Shown: positions 16,187 through 23,856, counted from the first letter of the stretch. The stretch is 32,000 nt of DNA from an uncultured Opitutales bacterium (GCA_934660865.1 CAKUIA010000010.1:30001-62000); one strand, 5' to 3'. The notes: generated from the sequence alone by a model not told the origin. Numbers and translations: made by a program.

Positions 16187-17955
16187 TTCGAAAATTTCCA
16201 GGCGACGCCCTTTGCGGCTTCCTCGTCGTTTTGTATGCCGAGATAGCTTGCCGCGGTTTTTGCCAAACTACTGAATGCGGGAGCCGCCGACACGCCGCCG
16301 TAGCCGCTGCCGGGTTTGCCCCTCGGGTTGTCTATGATTACCGTTATTACAAGTCTGGGTCTTTGCGCGGGGAAAAACCCCGTAAACGACGCAACGTGCT
16401 GTGTAGACACATAGCGGCCGTTTACAATCTTTTGCGCCGTGCCCGTTTTGCCCGCAACTTTAAAGCCGTCTACGGCGGCTCTTGTGGCCGTTCCGCCTTT
16501 TTCGGTAACGCCCACAAGCATGTCGCTCATAAGGGCGGCGGTTTTGGGCGAAACAACCCTGCGCATGGCTTTGGGCGAAAATACAATGCTTGCCCCGTCG
16601 CTTTTCGAGCTGACCTTTTTTATCACCTGCGGCTTCATATACAGGCCGCCGTTTGCAATAACGCTCATTGCGCAGTGTATCTGCAGCGGCGTTGCGTCTA
16701 TCGCGTGCCCCATCGGAAGCCTTGTAATTGTAAGGCCGTCCCAGTCTTTTACCTTGTGCAAAATGCCGCTAACTTCGCCGGCGAGGCCTATGCCCGTCTT
16801 TTCGCCGTAGCCGAATTCTTTTGCGTATTCGTACAGCTTGTTTTCGCCTATTAAAATGCCTATTTGCGCCGAGCCGCGGTTGCTGCTTTTCTTTATTATG
16901 TCGCGCACCGAAAGCTTTTCGTAAACGTGGGTGTCTTTGGGCAGCTTTAAAATTCTGTTCTTGTAGGTTGCAGTGGAGTTTTTGCAGTCGAAAACGTCGT
17001 CGGCGCTGACAAAGGCTTCGTTTAGGGCGGCCGAAACGGGAACTATCTTGAATGTAGAGCCCGGCTCCAGCCTGTCGGAAATTGCGCGGTTGCGCAAGTT
17101 TGCCATCGGGAATTTGTTGTATGAATTCGGGTCGAAATTCGGGTAGTTTACCATCGACAATATAAAGCCCGAAGTGTCGCTTATTATTATGCTTGCCCCG
17201 TCGGGATTGAAGTTGGAGACAATCTTGCGCATTTCCTGGTGGGCGGCCTCCTGCAAAATAATGTCTATGCTGGTTTCCACGTTCATTCCGTCGACGGCGT
17301 CCTGCTCGCGCCCCCTAAACTGCGCCATTTCCCTGCGGCGGCCGTCGAATTCTATTTCCTTCCAGCCGTCCTGGCCCCTAAGGTAGTAGTCCGACATTTT
17401 TTCCACGCCGAATTCGGGAACGGCCTCGGCGTTCACAAAGCCTATTATGTGCGATGTCAAAGCCCCCGCAGGATACATTCTCTTGTATTTCCTTACGCCG
17501 TAAATGCCCTTAAAGTTCAGGTCTTTAATGCGCGAGTATGTGCCTTCGTCGAGCTGGTCGGCCATTTTGCGCCACCTTTTTTGGCGCACGGCGCCGTCCT
17601 GCGTTTTGTAGGTGGTTTTTTTGCAAAGCTCCCTTATTTGGGCGGTTGTTGTTCCCAAAATTTCGGCAAGCTTGCCGAATTTTTGCTCGTCTTTTTCTGT
17701 TATGCTTACGGGGTCGCAGCCCAGCTCGATGTAGGGGGCGGTAGTCGCCAAAATGTTCCCGCGCGAGTCTAAGATGTCGCCGCGGCGCGCGTCTATTTTA
17801 ATTGTGCGGTTGCGGGTTTCCTCTATGGCCTTTACGCAGTACGAGCGCTTGAAAATGTGCAGCCTGCACAGGTTTGCGCCCACGCCCAAAAAGCCGGCCG
17901 CAACAAAAACGGTAAGTAGTGTAATTCTAAGCCTGTCTATAAACGAACGGTTCAT
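16183..17955 (-). CDS. ftsI: Division-specific class B penicillin-binding protein (transpeptidase) FtsI
   Basis: 590 aa. N-terminal TM anchor and PBP dimerisation region. All three acyl-serine transferase motifs are present: STFK (GSTFKIV), SSN (KKSSNRG) and KTGT (AGKTGTAQ). ATGA overlaps at both ends. Confidence 0.9.
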   Translation of the reverse strand: MNRSFIDRLRITLLTVFVAAGFLGVGANLCRLHIFKRSYCVKAIEETRNRTIKIDARRGDILDSRGNILATTAPYIELGCDPVSITEKDEQKFGKLAEILGTTTAQIRELCKKTTYKTQDGAVRQKRWRKMADQLDEGTYSRIKDLNFKGIYGVRKYKRMYPAGALTSHIIGFVNAEAVPEFGVEKMSDYYLRGQDGWKEIEFDGRRREMAQFRGREQDAVDGMNVETSIDIILQEAAHQEMRKIVSNFNPDGASIIISDTSGFILSMVNYPNFDPNSYNKFPMANLRNRAISDRLEPGSTFKIVPVSAALNEAFVSADDVFDCKNSTATYKNRILKLPKDTHVYEKLSVRDIIKKSSNRGSAQIGILIGENKLYEYAKEFGYGEKTGIGLAGEVSGILHKVKDWDGLTITRLPMGHAIDATPLQIHCAMSVIANGGLYMKPQVIKKVSSKSDGASIVFSPKAMRRVVSPKTAALMSDMLVGVTEKGGTATRAAVDGFKVAGKTGTAQKIVNGRYVSTQHVASFTGFFPAQRPRLVITVIIDNPRGKPGSGYGGVSAAPAFSSLAKTAASYLGIQNDEEAAKGVAWKFSK

Positions 17956-18338
17956 TTGCTTGCGGTTTTATATGTTCCCAGTTTTGCGGGCGCCCTAAAG
18001 CTTAGCACCAGTTTTTCGCGCGTAGACGCCTCTACGCGGCCGCCTTCAAAATTGTCGTACGAAGCCCAAACGACCATTTTGTCGGATATGGGTTCGAGGT
18101 TGGCGGCGGCTCTTAGTTTTAAAATGTGGGGGTTTTCCTCGTTGGCTATTTTTACCTTTAAATCGCTGTTGGCTATGTGCAGTTTGTCCACCTTTTTTTC
18201 GAGGCTTTTAATGCTGTCGGCCAAGTCGGCTTGCAGGTTTCTTTCGAAGCTTAAAAAGAACGCGCCGAACGACATCGAGCAAATGCAGACGCCCACAAGC
18301 GATACGAGAATGTAGAAATATTTCGGAGTTTGTTTCAT
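17952..18338 (-). CDS. ftsL: FtsL-like small bitopic division protein
   Basis: 128 aa. One N-terminal TM segment (YFYILVSLVGVCICSMSFGAFFL) followed by a heptad-like coiled-coil stretch (SIKSLEKKVDKLHIANSDLKVKI). Sits in the position between rsmH and ftsI. Called on architecture and synteny, not sequence identity. Confidence 0.65.
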   Translation of the reverse strand: MKQTPKYFYILVSLVGVCICSMSFGAFFLSFERNLQADLADSIKSLEKKVDKLHIANSDLKVKIANEENPHILKLRAAANLEPISDKMVVWASYDNFEGGRVEASTREKLVLSFRAPAKLGTYKTASK

Positions 18339-18340
18339 TT

Positions 18341-19285
18341 TTATAATTTCCTTACGGCTCTTAGCTTTGCGCTTCGGCTGCGCGGGTTTTCGAGGTTTTC
18401 GGCGTCGGAGGCTACAATAGCCTTGCGCGTTAAAAGCTCGGCTTTCTTTACGCGGTCCTGCTGGCAGGTGCTGTCGTTTGCGTCTATTGGCATTCCCGCA
18501 AGCGACTTGAAAAAGCGCTTTACAATTCTGTCCTCCAGCGAATGGAAGCTTATAACCGCCAAAACTCCGCCGCTTTTTAGGGCGTCGAAGGCCTTTGGCA
18601 GGGCGCTTTCAATCTCGCTTAGCTCGCCGTTTACGGCAATCCTTATGGCCTGGAAAGAGCGCGTTGCGGGATTCGTTTTTTTGCCTTTGTCGAAAGCCGC
18701 ATTTTTTGCGATAAGCTCGGCTAGCGACTTTGTCCTTTTTAAAACGTCGGTGTTGCGGGCGTCTATTATCGCCTGCGCAACTTTGCGGTAGCGGGGTTCT
18801 TCGCCGTAAACTTTAAGTATTCTTTCAAGCTCGCGCTGCGACACGGTGTTTAGCAGCTCCAGCGCGCTTTGCCCGCATTCGGGATTCATGCGCATATCGG
18901 TAGGGCCGTCGCGCATAAACGAAAATCCGCGCTCGGCATTGTCCAGCTGGAACGACGAAACCCCCAAGTCCATAAGTATTCCCGCATATTGCGAAAAGCC
19001 CGTTTCGTTTAGGCTGGAAAAGTTTGTGCCAAAAAACGCGAAGCGTTCGCCGTATTTTTGGGAGAAATTTTGCGCAATAGCGCGCGCATTCGGGTCGCGG
19101 TCGAGGGCGTCCAGGCGGCAGTTTGCGCTTTCCAAAACCGCCTTCGAGTGGCTTCCGCCGCCGAAAGTGCAGTCTAAATAGCGTTCGCCGTCTTTCGGCG
19201 CAATAATTGCAAGCACTTCTTCGAGCATTACGGGGTAGTGCCCCGCAATCTCCGATTTAACGCGCTGTGCTATGCTATTGCTCAT
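18341..19285 (-). CDS. rsmH: 16S rRNA (cytosine1402-N4)-methyltransferase
   Basis: 314 aa. HYPVMLEEV, DCTFGGGSHS, DLGVSS.QLD and SFHSLEDRIVK motifs are typical of RsmH/MraW. Confidence 0.95.
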   Translation of the reverse strand: MSNSIAQRVKSEIAGHYPVMLEEVLAIIAPKDGERYLDCTFGGGSHSKAVLESANCRLDALDRDPNARAIAQNFSQKYGERFAFFGTNFSSLNETGFSQYAGILMDLGVSSFQLDNAERGFSFMRDGPTDMRMNPECGQSALELLNTVSQRELERILKVYGEEPRYRKVAQAIIDARNTDVLKRTKSLAELIAKNAAFDKGKKTNPATRSFQAIRIAVNGELSEIESALPKAFDALKSGGVLAVISFHSLEDRIVKRFFKSLAGMPIDANDSTCQQDRVKKAELLTRKAIVASDAENLENPRSRSAKLRAVRKL

Positions 19286-19354
19286 ATAGTGCCGATTTTG
19301 TGCGACCTCTTTTAAATGTTGTGGTTTTGAATGTGTGTAAAATTTTCACGGTAA

Positions 19355-19819
19355 TTAGAAAACGAGATTTGCCCAAACTTCGTTCGGGTCTTCGCCGTCG
19401 TCTTCGTTTATGAACTTGTCGAAGCGTTCGGGATCCCAAATCTGGAATGTTTGGTAGGCACCTACAAGTATTGCGTCTTTGGCTATTCCCGCCATGGACA
19501 TAAGCTTGTCGGTTAGGCTGATTCTGCCTTGTTTGTCGCAGCCAAACCTTTCGCCGTTGCGGAATATTTTTAAAAGAACGCGCTGGCGCGAGGGGTTTGT
19601 AAGCCCCGCCTGCGAAATCTTTTCGTCCAACTTTTCAAGCATATTGGGCGGATACACCGTTATCGAACCGTTTGGATTGGGCAAAGCAAGGTAGGCGTTG
19701 TCTTTGTCGTCGCCGGAAAAGCGCCATTTTGCGGGCACTATAAGCCTGCGCTTATCGTCCAGCGAACGCTTGTATTCGCCGGCGTAATAGTAGGCTCTCT
19801 CTTTTATTTCCGAAGACAT
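19355..19819 (-). CDS. mraZ: Transcriptional regulator MraZ
   Basis: Two SpoVT/AbrB-type half-domains carrying the DxxxR motifs (LDDKRRLIVPAKWR and CDKQGRISLTDKL). I call the ATG at 19819 (154 aa; AAGGGAGAA just upstream). The ATG at 19849 (164 aa) is an alternative. The track start at 20089 runs across a terminator and low-complexity DNA and is rejected. Confidence 0.85.
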   Translation of the reverse strand: MSSEIKERAYYYAGEYKRSLDDKRRLIVPAKWRFSGDDKDNAYLALPNPNGSITVYPPNMLEKLDEKISQAGLTNPSRQRVLLKIFRNGERFGCDKQGRISLTDKLMSMAGIAKDAILVGAYQTFQIWDPERFDKFINEDDGEDPNEVWANLVF

Positions 19820-19847
19820 TTTCTCCCTTAATTTACCATTTTCCTCC

Positions 19848-19875
19848 ATTCTTACCCAAAACCCTCCATTGTCAA
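19848..19875 (-). promoter_or_regulatory. Candidate proximal dcw promoter: TTGACA-N16-AAGAAT (minus strand)
   Basis: The reverse complement of 19848..19875 reads TTGACAATGGAGGGTTTTGGGTAAGAAT. If used, it would place the transcription start at or near the 19849 ATG, which favours the 19819 start for mraZ. Confidence 0.3.
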
Positions 19876-19880
19876 GCAGT

Positions 19881-19910
19881 ATTATCCCAAAATCGGCCAA
19901 TTTTTTGCAA
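19881..19910 (-). promoter_or_regulatory. Candidate distal dcw promoter: TTGCAA-N18-GATAAT with TGn extended -10 (minus strand)
   Basis: The reverse complement of 19881..19910 reads TTGCAAAAAATTGGCCGATTTTGGGATAAT. The -35 hexamer is the same one found in the rubredoxin promoter candidate. Confidence 0.35.
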
Positions 19911-19946
19911 AAATTTAGCCTTTTTTGCCCAAAAGTTTTAATTTTC

Positions 19947-19969
19947 AAAAAAAATGCCCCCACGGGGGC
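19947..19969 (-). terminator. Intrinsic terminator (minus strand) ~100 nt upstream of mraZ
   Basis: The minus strand reads GCCCC-CGTG-GGGGC-A-TTTTTTTT. This is a 5-bp all-GC stem, a 4-nt loop and a T8 tail. Confidence 0.6.
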
Positions 19970-20655
19970 TCCAAAAGCCGCCAAAAAAAGGGGCAAAATT
20001 TGAGTTTTTAAATAAAAAGGTACAAAAAAAGAATATTTTGTTGCGCTGTGTATAAAAATTTTTGCGTTGCGCGCAAAAAGCAGTGGCAAGCGCAGTTGGC
20101 CAAAATATATAACTTATTGCAAAGCCGATATATGCAAACAAAGATTTTATGGAATAAAACCCGCAAGATTTGCGTTTGCCGTGCAAAACAATTAAGAGAT
20201 TGCAAAGCTTTTTGCGCTAAAAAATCGTTTTTTATAAGATGTTTTTTTTCGCACCTTTTGGCCGCATTTATTCGGGTTTTGCAAAAAAAACAAAGGGCAG
20301 GTTTTCGCCTAAAAAAATGGCGGTTTTTTGCAAAAATTTTGGCGGGTTTTAAATCCAAAAAGGGCTTTTTTTGCCGCGCAAACAAGGCTTTTTTTTGGGG
20401 GTAAAATTGCGCAAAAAAAAGCGTTTTACGAATATATTTATGGGCAAAATATGGGGCAAAATAGCGCCGTTTTGCGCTCAAAAAACCGTGTTTTTTTATG
20501 GTAAACGCCGTAATAAGACGCCGTAAAACCCCCGCAATTTATATGGCAAACACAGCGATTTTCACGGTAAACAAGGGCGCTTTTTTCCCGATTTTATGCC
20601 GAAAACAAGCCGTGCTTTTTGTCTTTTATTTGCGTTAAAAGTGTTTTTCGGGGCA

Positions 20656-20685
20656 CAAAAAAACGCTCCCCAAAAGAGGGGAGCG
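20656..20685 (-). terminator. Intrinsic terminator of the PEP-CTERM protein gene
   Basis: The minus strand reads CGCTCCCC-TCTTTT-GGGGAGCG-TTTTTTT. This is a perfect 8-bp stem, a 6-nt loop and a T7 tail, 38 nt after the stop at 20723. Confidence 0.8.
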
Positions 20686-20722
20686 GCATAAAGGAGAACT
20701 TATGATAATCTTTTTTTTAAGC

Positions 20723-23539
20723 CTATTTCCTGCGGCGGTATATCGCCAAAGCCAAGGCCAAAGCTCCGAAAATTGCAGCCCATGTTGCGGGTTCGGGAAC
20801 TTCGAATGTTACATACATGCAGCCGTCGGCGTCGCCTTCGGTGAACTTTGCTATGTATTGGTCGCCAGTTGCCTTGTCTATGTATGTATAAGTTGCGCCG
20901 CTGTCGAGGATTTCCTTTAAGAAGGCGTTAGTTATATTTTCCTCTTCGGTAAACGAGAAGAGCAAAGTTTCCATATTCAATATGCCGGCAATGTTGCAGA
21001 ATACAAAGTCTGTCGACAAAATTTCGCCGCTAAGCTTCGAGCCGTCGGTAAGGTTAATCGACACGTCGCTGCCCATGCTAAAGTCGAACATGAACGAAGC
21101 GCCGCTTTCCTTAACAATGTTTGCAACATTCAAACCGTTGCCCGCCGCGCCTAAAAATGCGCCGCTTTTTACGGTAATTGTTGTATTGCCGTCGGTTCTG
21201 TTCATAAGCAACGTGCCTTCGTTTACGGTGGTAGTTCCCTTGTAGGTGTTGTTGCCGCCTAGAACTTGCGTGCCAGTGCCGTTTTTAACAATGTTTACAA
21301 CCTGGGCCGCCTTGCCGGACTCGTCGGAGATGCTGCCTGTATATTTGCCCGAACCGTTAAGGTTTAGCGTGTAGGTAATCCAGTCGGAATTGCCGTCTAG
21401 CTTAATTGTGCCGTAGCCGTTAAGGTTGCCGATATTGGCTGTTTTTTCCACAATGGCGCCGTCTGCACCGGTGTCTTTAAATGCAAATTCAAGCACGCCG
21501 CCGTTGCCCAAGTTTACGTTGTCGAGGTGCGAATAGCCTGTGTAGCCGTTCAACTCGCTTGTGCCAACCGAGCCGATGTGCAACCTTGTGCCTGCGTCTA
21601 GGTTTACGTTTTTAATATGAACTGCGCCCGCTTCGCCCACCGTGGTGTTAACTTCGGTCCAAGCGTAAAGCTCGCCGCCGTAGCCTGCCGAATTTTTTAC
21701 AACCGCGTTTACGGTGTCGATTTCAACGCTCTTTGTGCCGCGTACATTAAAGTAAACTACGCCCGCGCCGTTTATTGCATTTGTAAGCGAAATGTCGTTT
21801 ACGGTAATGCCCTGGTGGCCCGAAACTTCGCTGGAATTTGCCGTGCGAACATTGCCCGTAACTTTTTCGACCAAAAGTTTTGTGCCGGTAAAGTTTTCGG
21901 CGCCAATGCCGCCGTCGGAAACGGAAATGCCGTCTTCTATATTAAGTACGCCTATTTTCGCGCTTACCGTGCTAAAAGTGCTGAGCCAGTGCGACTGCTT
22001 TGCATAGCCCAAAACGTTTATTTTGTCTATAACCAAGGCGTAGTCGTCGCCGTAGTCTTTTTTACCTGTGTTTATACGGAATTCGCCAACTCTGTATGTT
22101 TTTGCGTCGGCGCTTTCGCCGCCCTGGAATGTCAGGTTTTCTATTGTTGCGGGGCCGCCGTTGCTTCTAATTTGGGCGTAGTTGTCGGTAATGCCGTTTG
22201 CTTCGTTTTCGGACGAAACAAGGTTGGTCAATATCGTTATATTCTTTGCCGAGAATGCGCCCGAGTCGGAAACGTAGAACAAGTGGTCTACGCCTTTTGC
22301 ATTTGCATCTCCTTCAACGTCTTTTGCATAGCGCGAAAAACCGCCGCCTATTGTGAGGTTGTCGAACGAAACGTTTGTGCCGTAGATGTCTACATAGCGC
22401 GCGCCTTTGTCGATTGTAGTGTTCTTTTCGCCCGAGCCGTATACTTCAAAATCGGAGAAGTGCGCTGCGTTTGTTTTTGCGTTAAACACAACCCTGCTTG
22501 CGGTTTTGGAATATAGCGAAGAACCTTCCTGGAAGTCTATACCCGCACCGTTTAGGTTGATATAGCCACCGATGTTGTTTATTTTAGAACCGTTTGTAAA
22601 CACCATCTTGCCCGCGTTTGTATTCGAGCCTATTGTGCCTTCGTTGTTGATAACGGCGTTTATGGTGTTGTCGCCCGTATTGTTGTCGATTGCGATTGTG
22701 CCGGTTGACTTGTTGTTTATAACACCCGAAAGCGCTTGGTTGCCCGCATATTGGCTATTTTGAATTACGGTTATTGTGCCGTAGTTATTGAAGTTGTTGC
22801 CTGCGGCAATAAATTCGGTATTAGCCCAAATGTTGATGTTGCCGTAGTTGTTTGTAGAACCCATTACGGCTTTAACTTGCTGATCGGCGTTTTCAAACTG
22901 TTTGCCCTGAATGGTAATGCTGGAGCCTTCGCCAATTTCGTTTACAAACATGTCGCTAATAGTTTCCCACTGTTGCTTTGTTTCGTTGTAAATGGCGTTT
23001 AGCTTTATAAGCGCGCATGTATTTTCAAACTGAAGCGTGCGCGAATTTTCTATGCTTACATAGCCCAAGTCTATAGACTTCCATGCGTGTGTTGTAAGCG
23101 CATTGAGGTTGTCGGGCCTAAAAACAATGTTTTTGTCGCCTCTAACTGTAAGGCCGCCCGTTACGGTGAAGTTGTTGTTTGCATTGTTTACGGCAACAAT
23201 CGCAAAGCTTGAATTGCTTGGTGAAGCTTTTGTGGAATCAAAATCTAACAAAATGCTTGCAACGTTCAATTCGAATCCTTGCGTGTGCATACGGTTCGAG
23301 ACTTGTGTGCCGCCGTCTTCTTCAACAGGGTCGTACGAATCGAATATTAGGTTGTCGTCTTTTGTGGGGACGCGGTTAAGCTTGTTGCCCTCGGCATCGC
23401 GCCAGTTGCTGGCATTTCTGCCGTTGTCGTCGCGCGACCCGTACAGGTAGCGCCAATACATTTCATCTGCTGGAGCGTTTACCGACATTGCCGATACAGC
23501 CGCCGCAACGAATATTGTTTTTAGGTATGATAGTTTCAT
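20723..23539 (-). CDS. Large secreted PEP-CTERM-anchored surface protein with autotransporter-associated beta-strand (PATR) repeat and probable beta-helix
   Basis: I call the start at the ATG at 23539 (MKLSYLKTIFVAAAVSAMSVNAPA signal peptide; 938 aa). The body is N/G/T/S-rich and repetitive, resembling a beta-helix. GTGTQVLGGNNTYKGTTTVNEGTLLMN matches the PATR repeat. The C-terminus VPEPATWAAIFGALALALAIYRRRK is a textbook PEP-CTERM sorting signal (PEP + TM + basic tail). Confidence 0.8.
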   Translation of the reverse strand: MKLSYLKTIFVAAAVSAMSVNAPADEMYWRYLYGSRDDNGRNASNWRDAEGNKLNRVPTKDDNLIFDSYDPVEEDGGTQVSNRMHTQGFELNVASILLDFDSTKASPSNSSFAIVAVNNANNNFTVTGGLTVRGDKNIVFRPDNLNALTTHAWKSIDLGYVSIENSRTLQFENTCALIKLNAIYNETKQQWETISDMFVNEIGEGSSITIQGKQFENADQQVKAVMGSTNNYGNINIWANTEFIAAGNNFNNYGTITVIQNSQYAGNQALSGVINNKSTGTIAIDNNTGDNTINAVINNEGTIGSNTNAGKMVFTNGSKINNIGGYINLNGAGIDFQEGSSLYSKTASRVVFNAKTNAAHFSDFEVYGSGEKNTTIDKGARYVDIYGTNVSFDNLTIGGGFSRYAKDVEGDANAKGVDHLFYVSDSGAFSAKNITILTNLVSSENEANGITDNYAQIRSNGGPATIENLTFQGGESADAKTYRVGEFRINTGKKDYGDDYALVIDKINVLGYAKQSHWLSTFSTVSAKIGVLNIEDGISVSDGGIGAENFTGTKLLVEKVTGNVRTANSSEVSGHQGITVNDISLTNAINGAGVVYFNVRGTKSVEIDTVNAVVKNSAGYGGELYAWTEVNTTVGEAGAVHIKNVNLDAGTRLHIGSVGTSELNGYTGYSHLDNVNLGNGGVLEFAFKDTGADGAIVEKTANIGNLNGYGTIKLDGNSDWITYTLNLNGSGKYTGSISDESGKAAQVVNIVKNGTGTQVLGGNNTYKGTTTVNEGTLLMNRTDGNTTITVKSGAFLGAAGNGLNVANIVKESGASFMFDFSMGSDVSINLTDGSKLSGEILSTDFVFCNIAGILNMETLLFSFTEEENITNAFLKEILDSGATYTYIDKATGDQYIAKFTEGDADGCMYVTFEVPEPATWAAIFGALALALAIYRRRK

Positions 23540-23638
23540 TGTTGTGTAAGTTAAATATAGTGGGAAGTTTGAATTTAACAAAAGGAAAGTAGGCTTTTGA
23601 TTTTGTAAAGTCAACCGAATTTTTGATACAGCAGGTTA

Positions 23639-23652
23639 TTTTTTTTTTTTTT
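23639..23652. repeat. Homopolymeric T14 (A14 on the coding strand) tract ~100 nt upstream of the PEP-CTERM gene
   Basis: Counted directly: t at 23639-23640 plus twelve t at 23641-23652. Confidence 0.95.
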
Positions 23653-23856
23653 GAATAAAATGTGATATTTAAATAATCTGTGCAACAGTGTAAATGTTAG
23701 TAAGTTATGTATTTAATGTTAGAATTTGCCCTTGTTTGTTTTGGTATTTTTGGCGTTATTTGATTAACCTATAAAACACAACTTGTGCAATTTTATTAAA
23801 GCAAGTAGTATAAATATATTTTGCGGTTTTCTCATGTAAAATTTTTACAGGGGCGC

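Noticed and set aside
16159-16854. 231-aa plus-strand ORF antisense to ftsI, and similar 100-230-aa antisense ORFs opposite murC, murG, murF, murE and degT
   Set aside because: All lie opposite genes with strong motif support. All have biased Arg/Ala/Phe composition and lack recognisable motifs. This is a consequence of stop-codon-poor antisense frames.
19342-19354. 13-mer ATTTTCACGGTAA shared between the mraZ-rsmH spacer (19342..19354) and the upstream non-coding region (20558..20570)
   Set aside because: A rough estimate gives several chance 13-mer repeats in a 32-kb window on two strands. There is no extended similarity around the match.
19820-20089. N-terminal extension of the mraZ ORF (track start at 20089)
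   Set aside because: The extension crosses a GC hairpin plus T8 terminator (19947..19969) and both promoter candidates. It encodes F/L/K low-complexity sequence absent from MraZ proteins, and MraZ homology begins only at about aa 95 of that ORF.
19903-20335. Perfect 10-bp palindrome TTTTGCAAAA at 19903, 20277 and 20326 (also upstream of rubredoxin and of the GH-like gene) as a possible regulator binding site
   Set aside because: The same 10-mer also occurs inside coding sequence (for example ~4869 in ftsQ, and ~6125 and ~6837 in murC). TTTTGC/GCAAAA is evidently an over-represented word in this genome. At two of the three sites I found no matching -10 element.
20008-20481. 157-aa (minus) and 118-aa (plus, 20048..20404) ORFs in the region upstream of mraZ
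   Set aside because: Overlapping ORFs occur on both strands in A/T-run DNA. They have K/F/R-rich low-complexity products, non-ATG starts and no RBS. The region is treated as non-coding and flagged separately as unexplained.
21617-22516. 299-aa plus-strand ORF antisense to the PEP-CTERM protein gene
   Set aside because: It is a shadow ORF opposite a repetitive N/G/T-rich coding region, with an A/V/F/C-rich nonsense-like composition. There is no start context.
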